A stretch of DNA of 64,000 nt from Chlorokybus atmophyticus (Eukaryota > Plantae > Mesostigma and Chlorokybus algae): positions 434,001-498,000 of the forward strand of contig RHPI01000810.1 of NCBI GenBank assembly GCA_009103225.1, read 5' to 3'. The notes under the pieces were generated by a model that saw only the letters and a program-made list of their open reading frames with translations, did no database searches and was not told the DNA's origin. Position 1 is the first letter of the stretch; every line of letters begins with the position of its first letter. The translations under genes and the position numbers were made by a program. Below are positions 39,546 to 52,600 of this stretch, piece by piece.

Positions 39546-41080
39546 GTATGGACGTGAGAAAGAGAGAGAGAACCGCACCTTGTTCACAGTGTGTACAAAG
39601 CGGGGTCCGTAGCGCTGCTATTTAACATAGGGATTGGAAGCATTCTCCACTTCAACAACGCGGACTTTGTCCTCAAGCGTCAGCACCTCCCTTCACTTTA
39701 CGGGAAAGTTGAGGCTTACCAGGGCCACCAGGTCTTGCTGCGTCCCAAACGACCTCAAGCTATTAAACATCACCCTCGTGGCCATGAAAAACTCGTAGTC
39801 TCGGGGCGTCCAAGCGAAGAACATGGCCGCATAGGCATTCTCGATATTCGCTCTCCTCAGCGTCTTGTAAGAGGAGGAGGAGGAGGATGACAGCGTTGGA
39901 GAAGCTTAGCTCTTTGCCCCCACCTCGACTGCCTCTGCGGGTTGGCCGCACCAGCAGCATAGTAGCAGCATGCGGCATGCGGGCATGCATTATTAGACAT
40001 AGCATACGCGTATGTGCGGACATGACTTAAAAGCAGATATTGCATCCGGTAGTAATATAAGCAGAATATGCGTGCACATCATGTTGTTACACAGGTGATA
40101 TTCACCCTTCTTGCAAGGCCCAACCGTTAGGAAACTGCCCCTCCCCCGAAAATAGGGTCATTTCGCACCGCGCGCCACTAGCAGTATACAACTTGGTGAC
40201 GCGGTAGTGCGATGTAGCCTCAACACGGGGCAAGGGCATTGTTCTGTTCTGGCAGTGGGGCCCTTAAATTACGCGCATTTCCCAAGAATTCATTATGTAG
40301 CATGTCGTACGGGTATATGTCACCGGTAGAAATGGGTTTCGGCAAATCAAGTTGGATCCGCAACTTTGTAATGGACGAAGCCGGACACTATTTGCGGATC
40401 GACAATCTTACGGCGGATCCATATATATGTTGTAGCTGCAGCAGGAATATTGCGACTTGTCACAAACGGCAATCCGCCGGTGACGATCGTAAGTACCGAA
40501 TCCTAAACAACGTTGAGGACTCGGTGTTTATGTAATGAGGGGTTCAGGCCGTGAGAAAGACTTGTGTAAGTCGCAACAACAGTTGTGACCAATTCATTAA
40601 CAATGCGTCTGTACTCCCTAACGCAATTAAGGACTCGACATTAACATTGAAATGCATTCATGTTGCATGCTAAAGCTGTACACATTATCATTGAGATTGT
40701 GACCGCTTCCATTATTACAAACCATAATGATTTGCGACCTCATTATTGCCAAATTGCCGGTTCAATTCCGCGGCCTGTTCATGGCTTGCCCCGCGGCCTG
40801 CTAGTCGCGGGGCAAGCAAGTAGAAGCTTCGACTTGCATGTATAATCATTGATAAACCGTGGTAGCACATGAGGTAAACATGTAAAGACTTGACCCCAAC
40901 TCCGCAAACAACCTTGCGCCAGCAGGTGACGCGGGGCGCATAATGCAAACATCTGCTGGTAATGTCGCGCTGTGATTGGACGGAACGGCAAGTCAAACAA
41001 AGTCTCCCTCCCCAAGTCAGCTTTATGTTGGTAAATTCCACCTTCACCTACATATTTTTGATACAAGTGGTACATATATA

Positions 41081-41197
41081 TAGATATCGCGATATATATA
41101 CACATGTACATACAAATATATATACATGTATATATATGTATACATATGTATATGTATATGTATATATATATATATATGTATATATATTTATATACAT
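41081..41197. repeat. Compound (TA)n/(TATG)n microsatellite
   Basis: Direct reading of tatatata...tatgtatatgtatatatata. Confidence 0.9.
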
Positions 41198-42082
41198 GTG
41201 CCGGTAGTGCCGTTGTATGCAGCTGTTGGTGCATGCGTGATGCATGCATTGCGGCACGTGAGACAATTGAGGCAGCCGCTGTAAAGCTTATATTGTTGCA
41301 AACACATTGCGGAATGTCTTATGTCGTCGTTATCTAGCCGGTCAATGTTTAGGTGTATGCTGTTGCTTACCAACCCAACAAGCTCTTCTGCGCAGGTTCG
41401 AAACTCGGCGATGAAAATACGAAAACCCATGTGCTGTGGCTCTTTTAGTTTTTCGCATAACATTTCTGGTTAGATCACGCATTAAAATTTTATAGATCCC
41501 CTTAATACATGATCTAACCAATTAGTTCAGGATGTGGCCATTATTAAGTTCAAGAAAAGACGGATACCGAACTTAATGCACACCAGCTAGTGGACCTTAA
41601 TGGCAGCTCGATACCAAACAAAGTTGTGGCTACAGCAGCAAAAAGTGCAAAACTGGATATGTTGCTTGCATATGGATCCCTAATTAAGTTATAGCTAGAT
41701 CTCCATTCAAATTGTGGGCAAGGCCGAACTGTTGGGGGGCCATTTCTATCAGTGATGTGCGCATGCATTCAAAGTTTTAATCGCATGGTGCTATTATGAG
41801 CAGCAGGCCAAAAATGTAGCAGCCAGCAGCGCTCGCTGGAGGGAGAGACGGAGGTGGATGCCTCCCTCTTTGCTTGCCCCCGCCTGACCGCCCCTCCTCC
41901 TAGGCCTTTTCCCCCTTCCTCCGCCTTCCTGCTTGCTGTCTCGCTCTCTCTGTCCCTTACGCCGCCATCGCGAGGTCAATGCCGCTTCCCCAACACAATG
42001 ACGAGGCTTTGTCACCACCTCCCTCCTATCCTCCTTCTCCCTCCTCTCCGTCCTGCTCCTCCTCCTCCTTCTTCTCCTTCGT

Positions 42083-42153
42083 CTTGAACACATCAACCGC
42101 CCTGGCATTCGTCGCCAACTTGAACACATCAACCGCCCTGGCATTCGTCGCCA
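42083..42153. repeat. 36-bp tandem duplication
   Basis: CTTGAACACATCAACCGCCCTGGCATTCGTCGCCA starts at 42083 and again at 42119. Confidence 0.9.
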
Positions 42154-45100
42154 TCCAAAAGAACCATCTCGGCACAGTCCACCAATTAGGGTGTGCACTA
42201 AAGCAAAGTCCACATGCATAATATCTCTGATGTGCTGCAATATAAAGCACATATGTTGCGATATGAAGCACATATGGCTAGCAACCTGCAGTTAAGTGTT
42301 ATAAACTTAGTATTCAACGTAGCGTTTACGCCACGATACGTGCTAAGATATGCAGTAAGTAATGCCAAGGTTACAACCATTAAAATAATGCTAACCTTAA
42401 TTACCTTAACGTTAAGATTCAATCAAATCGAAAATCGCATCGTTAGGCCACCATTTGGTCGCGCATGAATTTGATCAAATGGGATCGCAACGGCGACAAC
42501 AGCCGTTGCTGAAAAAGGCAGAGGACTGGCCAATCATAGCAGAGATGCATAGAAGATGCTAAAAACTATTTCAGCGGCAACTGCTTACCAACGGTGACTT
42601 AAAATCGCTAGGGATTTGGTGCAATTGCAGCACAATCAATGGTTAGAATTGCCGCGTTTTTGGTGGTACGAGGTCGGGGCAGGCCCCATACCTTAAAGAC
42701 ATGCCGCCACTACTCACCCTCGTTCAAACTGATCCACTCTACCGTTTCACGCTAATTGATTACACGCTATGGTTACAACGTCATCAAACATGGTCAACAG
42801 CTCAATAACGACATGCGCATTGCTTGCACATGCATGCATAGCTTATTATACACATGTGTACTTGCATTCACACGCAAAGTTTTCATCACACAACATCACA
42901 TAAATTGCATAGACTCAACCGTTATATATATAACTCGTTAAAAGCTTAAGTGAAAATTTGTTTAGTTAGCCTCAATAGTATAGACATCATTTACTCTAGC
43001 ACAACTTATCACTTGTGTCGTAAGCTATGAATGCGTTCTGCAAAGTTTTGTTATCAATGATTATTGATATCAGCTCGTGTTATGTCATTATAACTTTATT
43101 GATGACATTATGTGGGCAATTACAATATAAGTAACAAGCATTTGTAGATCATGACGCGCTTTGCTTATTTTAAATACTCAAAAGGTAATCAGGTAGCCGC
43201 TAAGCTGTGGTTACAGCTTTAATTACTATTATATGATATAATATTGTAATAATAAGTACAAACCGTGATTTACTATCATTATTTTGTAGAGCTTCACCAT
43301 TCAAACATCCCGGCAAGCGTATGATATTCTCTTTGCAAAAGCCTGATAAACAACACTCATTTATTTGTACATGTATACACAGTTGCAAAACATTTCGTAA
43401 AACATGTGTAACTTATACACAATATCGTATATATACACAACATCAATAACAAGTTTATCACATTATTATATATTATTGTATATGGCATGCAACATCTTTG
43501 CATGTGTCTAACTCCTACCGTTACGTGGTTTGTAAGTGGCAAACACACCCATAAGAAATGAGTAACATCAAGCATGTCTGTTCCTTTCTTTGCATATTGT
43601 TTATAATATGGTAAAGCTTGTAGAGGCTGAATGCGCTCTCTTTTTACATTGAATGCATCATAATAACTGCACACTATATATAAACTTTGAGCCTAGCGCA
43701 ATGGCAAAGATTGTATTTAAGTTTGTTACATGCATGGTTTGTTTACATCATTATACGTGCGACAATCTGCTACTATACCCCGTAATTGCGAGAGCATTGT
43801 AATGCTCACTCCATGTCGCTGATAGCCCTTCAAAAGCATCATGTAAATGATGCGATATATGGCACATGGTATTAACTTTATCTCGCACTACTCAGTAATG
43901 CAGCATTTGTCGTCATTGAGTCGAGCTTTCGAACTTCGTGCTGATCTTTACCCACCCATGGGTCAAGATCAGCATGAACAAACTCTAATGTTAAACTAAT
44001 GTTTGGAGTTTCCTGCTTGTACGTATATATCCATACAAATGACATGCAATGCATTATGCACAGTGTTAATGTAAATGTATAGGCGTGTAATGCAACCTGG
44101 GCCTGGGCCAGCGTATAAGATCACCATTGCTGTCCGCTCGGGGTGTGTGCAGGCACAGCGTTTGACACGCTACTGCTCAACTTTACTGTCGTTGCATTCA
44201 TCTAGCTAATAATTAGCTACCTTAAACCCCCTCAAGAGCGGCCCCTGCTCAGCTATTACTGCTCATTTACAAACGTGCTTGCAGGTTGTCATGTGCATTG
44301 TCCAATGTATGTAGCCGTGTGTGTGCGTGCCATGGTGTGTGTGACTCAAAACTTGCTCAGCGCTGACCAATACTGCACTGAGTAGCACTTTACTTTTGCG
44401 TTTGCACCGCATGCAAGACTTACGTGTTGGCACTCGAGCACTGTGTAGAGTAGTCACAGCGCTTGTTGTGGTTTAACATTATAGCTACCCACTTCAACAG
44501 CAACTGCGCTGCAATTGACTTGGCAGCACCGTGTGCAGTAGCACTCAAATGCGTTGTCTTAGTCTTTCGCCCACTGGATGCGCCAAAGTGTAGCACTTGA
44601 ACACACGGCACCGACTAACGCGAATACTACACTTGCTACCGGGTGGTATGTACATTGAAGCTTTCAATGCCAGTCGATTTGATTGTGGTGTGGTAGCACA
44701 GCCCTGTACCTCTGTTAACGGCAGTATCTGATTGCAGTGAACACCCCTTATATGAACAAAACTGCCAAGGACATTGTGCCAGCTATAGCCTAGGTGAATG
44801 AATGGTCAGGCGTTATCATAAAAAAGGAAACACTTCCATAGCTTATAGAACAATCACCTGCGTGGTAATGTGCATATAGTAACCATTCGGTTACCGTATG
44901 CACATCGGCCACTATATGCACGGTAACATGCTACATACTATCTCTCATATCGTATACCATGTGGCAGCATACAGCAACCATCATTGCCAACAATCGGTCT
45001 AGGCCTTCAACGCGAGGTGGAGAGTAAAAGTCGTTGCAGTGCCCATCGATCTACAAACAGTGTCAGTCCCTGATAAGTTCGATTGGTTAATGTCGCCATA

Positions 45101-45358
45101 TCAACTGTATACTACGATGACTACCGATAACCAAAGCATAACCAGTTGTGCTGCACGTGAGCACACTGTGCATTCAGCTACAAAAGTGTGTCACTTGGGC
45201 AGCTTGGCAGCTAACCGCCAAATTGCAGAATCTGTACATGCGTTGCACGCAGGCAATTCCCTCGTCGTTCTTTTGTACACTACATTGTGTTGCAGCCTGT
45301 ATTAACGTTTGTCGTCTATTGAAACCAAGTTATTGCAAGGTGCTGATGAGTGCACAGC

Positions 45359-48300
45359 TCATTGCAGCATCTTCAAGACAGTTGCTAGCGAGCTGATCGT
45401 CTCACTCGCTGCCTTCAACACTGCTTGGGAGCACCCTGGTTTGCACATCTCCTCAATCTGCGTGGGTGAGTGGTCAGTGCAGATGACACAGTCGCGCGCA
45501 AGTTGTACCTTTGAGTGGTTGGTGTATGCCAGCCAGCGCGGCCTTCTTCGTCTTACCTCGCTTAGGGCAGACTTAACACGCTGGATGTCACCCAAGTAGT
45601 CGTTATCTTCGAGCTTGAGACACTCCAATCGGCCCTCAGCTGATGCTCCTTGGAACTGAATCGGCCCAGGGTTGCGGTACTCATCTTTAAGCATCCAACG
45701 CACCACATTCGCCTTCAAGAGTTTGAACGGGGCTTCCTGCAGCAAACGACGAAAAAGCTTGAACACATGTGTAAGGTATCAACTTACTCCGCGCAATACC
45801 AAATTTTATTGACAGTTACACAGAGAATACAACTTGTGTTGCATGCAACACTCCAAGAGCAGATATAATCGCAAGGTTGCATCTGCACGTATACAACGCC
45901 GCACCGTCAAAGAAACATTTGCCGAAGGCACGGCCAGACCAAGTGAGAAGGCAACCGCTGCTGGGATGCTGCTGTTATCAACACCGTCAGGGCCAAGAAC
46001 TGCTGGCGTGACAGTTTCACCAGCGCGGCGCGCTCGGGTAAGGCGCAAAAGTGCTGCCAAAGGAACGCCGCCTGCCCTCCAGTCTTGTGCGGGAGCCTTA
46101 AGGTTACTCACAACAGCCAAGTACCCACCCCGGCCCTCACCGATAAGGACGCCTGCAGCCATAGGTGCTTATCACCATGTGTATGTGCGTTGGCGGGGTC
46201 TACCAACCAGTGTGCACTTGCATGGTTGACGATGTATGATGCTCGTGCTGCCATACCTGCAGTGTAACCCAGTGCTTGCCCATAGGCACAGTCGAAGTTT
46301 GTTGGAAGGGAAGACCTGGCCTGATACCCAAAGAAGTAGCAGATCGGGCTGAATGATCCCTTGTAGCTGCCGTTCTTCTTCCAGTTCTTGAGCTCAGCAT
46401 CCACGAGCTCCGCAAGCAAGCGCTCTGTTTCAATCTTTGAGAGAAGGACGGTGCCGTCCACTTCACGCTCACCAAATAGTTGCTCCTGGAAAAAGGCAGG
46501 CAGGAAGCTCAGAACAGCACGACTCCACGGTGTCAACCGCCCTGGTGCTTCCTTCGGGTCAACACCTTCCTTCAGTAGAGCGTTGAGCTCCTGCAACCGA
46601 CAAGAATTCTTAAGCAATTGCCCGCGACAGCTTTGCTGCAACCAGTTCTTATGCTGCGCACCGCTATCAAGTTGCGCATCTCTGGTATAGACTCCACCAA
46701 ACCCTCAGGCAGCAGCACCATCCCAAAATTCTTGCCATGATCAGCTCTGCGAGCGATTGCATGACACAGGACCTGCCACGCAAGCCATGGGTTAGTGCAA
46801 GCCAATCACAAACTATCCGATGCAACGCTTTTAACCATGTACCTGAACTACATCATTCAACGTCATTTGATTTGCCTCCACCTCTTCAGACACTAGCACG
46901 ATGTTGGGGTGGGTCTCAAGTGCACACTCCAGTGCCTGAGATGGCATGATCAAAGGCCGGCAAGCAATGCATGTTGTGTGTGACAACTGCCACAAGGCAT
47001 TGGTACAAAGGCTTACAATGTGTGAAGGGCCTCTGCCCATAAGCCGTATGAAGTAGTAGTACTTGAACGCGGACACCGCGTCAATACTGATGTTGCCAAT
47101 CAGCTCTGAGCAGACTCGGCATGCCGTGTCAAAACCCAGGTCTGTCTCAACAAATGGGTTCCTGAGGTCGCCATCAATGGAGACTGGCACTCCAACGATG
47201 CGCGTTCGCACACCTGCACAAGTTCAACAACAGTATGCTGCTAACAATCACTGACTGAGCGCCCCAATATCACAAAGGTATGGCAGACCGAACTCTATGA
47301 TGATCCGTGGATGTGCAGTTGCAATGGGGGAATTGAGTATGAAGGTGCTCATACCCTGTGCAGCGAACCACTCCGCCAGAGATGCTGCATCTGTTTGTGT
47401 TTTAGAACCGCCAATCAGCACCAGACCGTCAAGTGACAGCTTGTCGCACACAGCCCGAGTTGCACTGTACTCATCACGAGTCCTGTATATCCAACACAGA
47501 GAATGCTGGCATAAGCGCATGCACTGCGCTTGCTCGAGTATGCCAGCCTCTTGCACAAGCATCCGTGTTACATCACGCACGCATGACACCACACGAACTC
47601 ATCGTGCAAATTGTATGCTGACCTTATGCGGTCGATAGTGCGTCCCAGAAGGTCGTAACCGCCTTGGTTTCGGTAGAGGGCCAGCATCTGCGTTGACATT
47701 GCCAACTTGACAAGCTTGTTGTTCAATCAGCAGAGCAGAAAGGCATTGCGAGGAGCCCCGCGCATGGGTGATGGCAGTGTACCCACCTCGTCAGTAACTT
47801 CTACATACTTGGAGCTGAAAAGCCCCTCGGTGCCTTGCAAAAACCCGATGACAGCGCTGCCTGCATGAGCGATGCATGCATCAAGCGTGCACGACGAGAT
47901 TGCCATTGTGATAAAGTAGGGGCCATTGAACGGCATCACTGAAAGCATGCATGAACTCCAATACCTGGTCGCGAGGAGCGCAGAAAATCGTAGAGGCCAG
48001 CAACCACATTGTGTCCACCTGGGCTTTGACGTCCGCAAAACACGATTCCAACCCGCAGTGGCTGAGACTGCTTGCGTGGGGTTGTGATAGTCACCTGACA
48101 TACGTGACAGTTGAGTTGCATTCAGAAATCAGATTGCAGGTTCAACAAGTAACCACAAGGTGCCATCGCAAGAAGCAAACAGTGTAGATTTTGGTATAGC
48201 AATGCGGGGCAAGATCTATCGGCACCTACCAGACGTTGTAGCAACTGTGCTGTACTCACTCACGTATGCAGTGGCCAGGTTGCGCGTGTGTAAGCTGCAT

Positions 48301-48960
48301 ACGAAGCACATGCATGCTGCAGCCGACTACTCACCCAAAACTCCCTTGACCATGCAAGAGCTACTCATGCATCCTGTTGTATGCTGCATTCATTGTTGGG
48401 GTGGCATGCATGCACGCCTGCATGTTACGCCGCACTGTCTTGCAGGCCTGCATACAGGCTCTGTAGAGGACAAGGTGGCGCTGCATGACATGCATGCATG
48501 CATGCATGCATGCATGTATCCCTGCAGGCTATGCCTGTCATGCATTGCCTTGGCCCTGGAGCCTGTATGGAGGAGCAATGACAGAGTACAATGCACACAT
48601 TGCACCTCGCATCGCTAGTATAATGCAACCACACGCACAAACAGCAGGGCAAAGAACCAGCACCTGACACAGCCATGCAAGTAGCCATTACTGCTATAGC
48701 TGCCGACCTTGCCCCTACCTCGTGCTCGCCGTCCTTCCTGTGCTCAATCCCGCTTTGTAAGCTGACCACAGGCAGGCCATACGTGTGAGGGAAGGCGCGT
48801 CGGATGGCAGACTCGTCCTCGGGCGTCGTCACAACGGCAGTGCCTCCTTCTACGGCGGTCACGGCGGCGTCCTCCAGCACCGTCGGCAGTGGCGGCTGGT
48901 ACTTGCTTCTTGCCAGCTGCTCGAGACAAGGCAGCGTGTGAATGCATCCGCCATGACGTA
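45359..48960 (-). CDS. PFP-ALPHA: Pyrophosphate:fructose-6-phosphate 1-phosphotransferase alpha subunit; multi-exon, start uncertain
   Basis: [125 protein letters not shown]; stop ends at 45359. Confidence 0.9.
48490..48516. repeat. (TGCA)n microsatellite in a PFP intron
   Basis: atgcatgcatgcatgcatgcatgcatg read directly. Confidence 0.85.
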
Positions 48961-49660
48961 GCAGCAGATATGGGAAAAGTAGAAGCCATTGCACACAAAC
49001 AGGAAATGCACGCTTGCGCTGTGCATTGCATATTCTGGCCATTGGCAGCAGAAAGCCACTGCGCCCGCAGTTGGCAACCCTAAAGCTGCCATGAAGGTAC
49101 ACAGACTCCATGCAGATCAAGCTGCATTACTACCAGCATGCCAGCTGGCCTTCCAGCTACATGCTCAGCAGCAACTAACCAACAACAACCAACAACCATG
49201 CACCTGGACGTCGCTGAGGAAGCGAGCGTCCCGATCGCGCCCTGGCCAGTCGCTGACATTCATGATTGCCGGCATTGTCACCCACCACCACCCCCGCCCC
49301 CGCCACCCCCGCCACGTCTGCCCCCGCCCCCGCCCCCGCTTGCTGACTTTCGGATAGACTCTGCCAACAGTGCTTTGGAGTTAATCCGACGTCAGCACCC
49401 CGCTCAGAGGATATTTCCGGCTTGGCTCTAGTGCCTAAGCACAAGCAGTGCAAGCTGATTCGCACAGCTTGTGCAACTGGCACTGCTAGGGTTTGAATTG
49501 CTGCAGTGGCAGTGGAGTGCATTGGCTGCAGTAACGGCTTCTTCTTGTAGTGAACGGCCCTGGCGGCGACGGTGGCGGGCATGGGGGCGGCCGCCGGCGC
49601 TGTTGTTGAAGGTGGTACAGGTATGGGAGTGGTTCTTGTATGAGTGGTGCGATGATAAGT

Positions 49661-52600
49661 ATGTCAAAGGGTGGAGACGGTAGTGGTCAGATGGACGGAG
49701 AGGATGTGGACCCGGTGGCGCTGCGGGCGCGCCTGGCTGAGGACGAGCTTGCTACCATGCAAGTCATCATCGGCCAGATGCAGGTAAGGACAGTTAACTT
49801 GATGCTACACAATCTAGGCGATTGTACTTAGTAGCGCCTTTCATGTACCAATCGCCTGGTGAGCCGTAGGCACACTTGGCCCCCCCAAGGTATCGCGTCT
49901 GCGTGATGTGGCTCTTGGGGCTTCCTGCTTCGCGCTCGCGGATTTGTCTGCTTGCTTGCCTTTAGAGTTTGTTGGGAGCAACGCGCACATCCATAACACG
50001 CGTGGAAGTTTGCATTTGACAAGAAATTGCCCATGCAGCAATGTGTCAAGCAACTTTTTTTGCGTTCTGCAGTCCGCTTTGGAAGCATCCCACGCATCGC
50101 AAGTACGCACCACGACGATGCAACAGCAAAGAGCGCAGACTTTGGCGTTGGAGCTCACTACCGCCCGCCGTGCAGCAGACCGTCTCACTGCCATGCACGC
50201 CGAGCAGGAAAGCCGCATGGAGCAACTTCGCATCCGCTTGCACCAACTGCAGGTACATCGACAGACAGCACTGAGCGCTGACAGCCTGTGATCTTGGCAC
50301 TGACTGGATGACCTTGTTCCTTCAGCTCAGTGGCGATGGCATTGATGCTCAGAGCGAGCAGCATAAATTGCTTCAGCAGGTGACTCTGTCATGGGAGCTG
50401 CGGAAGTCCCTTGAGAGACGCATGATGGAATATCAAGAGGTCGCTGAGGAAAGGAGCTCTAGGTTAGTGGGTTGTTGAAGCAACACTGCATGCGTCGAGT
50501 ATAGTCGCATTGCCCCATCTCAAAAGGCTGTACATGAGTATTGGAACTGCGAGGTGCAATGCAGGTGTGCTGCAATGGAAACAGAAGTGTATGCGGCAAC
50601 AAGGGCGCTTGCTGATGCCGATGCACGCGTTGCTGCAATGGACGAGACGTGGAAGGCAGGAGCTCAGGAGCTAGAAGAAGCTCGTGCTGAGATTAGACAG
50701 AGTCAATACAGCATGCAGGAGTTAGCTGCCACAAATGTTGAGCTGCAGCAGGTGCGATCCTGAATGCCCAGGTAGCAACTGATAGCGCATTGCTGACACA
50801 TACAGAAACTGGTTGCAGACACTGCAGCAGCAACAAGCCGAGGTTGTTGCACTTCGCTCAGCTGCTCACAAGCACCGTGTCCAACACTTCCACGAGTTGA
50901 ACAGGTAACTCATTGCGGTGCCTACAGAAGTAGTGCAGGTAGTAGTGTTGGCCATGTGGTTGTTGGCCAGACTCAATTATCACTGCAGGTTGCGTGAGCA
51001 GTTGTTTGCGACCACATGGCAAGCCAAAGCAGGGCTACTTGAGGACACCTTGCGCAGCAACTTCTTGCCACGCAGTTTACGAACATCGCACAACAACAAT
51101 TTCGTTCCTAACAAGTTGAACTCTCTGTTGGACCACCTTGTGAACAGTGAAGCGACTGGTCGCACCGAACAGTTTGCGCAACTTGTTCGTGAAGGTCAGC
51201 ATGCAGTGTGGGCGCACGTACATAGACGGATTACTTTGGGTTGCTAACACTTGCAACATGCGCAGGGCAAGCAGCTTTATCAAAATCTCAACAGGAGAGA
51301 GAACAGCTGCAAGCTGAGCGCGATGCAGTTGTGGTAGGTATGGCACTTTTGCCATGGCTGTCAGTTGCAAACCTGCATGCTATCCTTGGTCAACAACCAG
51401 TGTTTCATGTAGAGTCGTTCAGCGAGCCTGGAACAGTCCATTGATACCTACGCAAATGAGTTGACGGTGGTCAAGACTGAACTAGCGCAGAGTATAGCAG
51501 CAGCAGCTGTCTGGCGTGCAAGTGCTGATCAGCAGTGGAGCCGCCAGCTGCATTTATGCCAGCAAAGGGTGAGTCTGTTACCTGTCTACTTTTTATACAA
51601 GGCAACCCATCCTGCTTGCATAGGCAGGTATTTGTGCAAGTGATGTGGGGTCTGCCATAAAGCATGCAAGACGGGTAGTGTCCTGCAAGGTGTTGTGTTT
51701 ACCCCCTGGCCAACTCAGGTTCAGCGACTGGAGTCTCAGCTCAGCGAGACACGAAGCCACCTGCATAATGCAGAGGCTGCAAAGCACGCTGCTGAGCAGA
51801 GGGCTGAAATAGACCAGATGCGTGCTGAAGCACTTTCTCGTCGCTTACGAAGTATTGGTGTTGAAGGACTCTTACGTCCAATTGTTGACCATCCGAAACC
51901 AGGTATGGTTGGTGGGCAGCAAGAAGTCACCTAGAGTTGCTTGTCTGCAGGCTGCTAACATGGTACTGAGACCACTGGATGTGTTGATGAAGAAGAAGAA
52001 GAACCTACACAAGTGCAAAGACCTGACAGCGAATTGCTGGAAAGGTTGCGGCATGCAGAGCGCAGCAGAGATATAGCGTATTCAAGGGCGAACGGCCTTC
52101 AGCAGGTTGGTATCTTGCTGTCGCATGCATTTCTTGCTGAAGTGTAAGTGCTGCTGACTCAAAAAGTGTTACGTCTGCCAGGTAGCGGAGGAGCTGGAGT
52201 CTGAATTGCTGACTGTTTTGGAGGCTGCCACCCGCGAGGCGGACGCGCGAGCTGCATCAGATACCGCAGCGCATCAGCTGCATGCCCAGCTGTCAGATCA
52301 GAAAACCCAAGTGCTGGCCCTACGCGAGAGCTGCATGGCTTTGCAGCTGAAGGTGAGACGATGTATTCGCGATGTACGTAATCGCATCACTTGCTCTCAA
52401 GTGATGCAACTGACGATATTGGTGGCTTGTGCTTGAGGCAGGTGGAAGCACTGGACGCGCAATCACCTAAGGAGGTATTTACTTCTCAGCAAGTTGAAGG
52501 ACTGTTGGTTGAGGTATGATCTGCGGAAGGTTGGTGCATGCGAAATGCTAGTGATGTGATTGCTTGCCACTTCCATGTCAATTTGAACCCTTAAGCACAG

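Larger units (their letters stand above)
37130..39986 (-). pseudogene. GT8 glycogenin-like glycosyltransferase (PGSIP7/8-type) pseudogene; exons ~39986-39579, 38465-38007, 37729-~37130
   Basis: NAYAAM...TPRDYEFFMATRVM, ENASNPY...RFVHTVNK|L*SWGLTEYKRVVLLDADN (DxD 38412-38420), LFKCGDFCAFFINPC, GGDQGFFNSYF, RLPFGYEMD, WEVPC..SVITFPG...KP*Y*WS, WHETRRALVGYSA. In-frame stops at 39693-39695, 39618-39620, 38460-38462, 38281-38283, 38034-38036 and 38028-38030, plus frameshifts. Confidence 0.88.

Noticed and set aside
37130-39986. TAA/TAG-to-Gln genetic code explaining the in-frame stops
   Set aside because: The stops align to Trp and Tyr as well as Gln, TGA stops and frameshifts co-occur, and host genes end normally at TAA, TAG or TGA.
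40330-40420. Chromodomain-like fragment (RKIVDPQIVSGFVHYKV) on the minus strand
   Set aside because: The aromatic-cage Trp residues are absent and there is no supporting context.
42083-42153. CRISPR-like 36-bp repeat
   Set aside because: Two adjacent copies with no spacer, in eukaryotic DNA with no cas genes.
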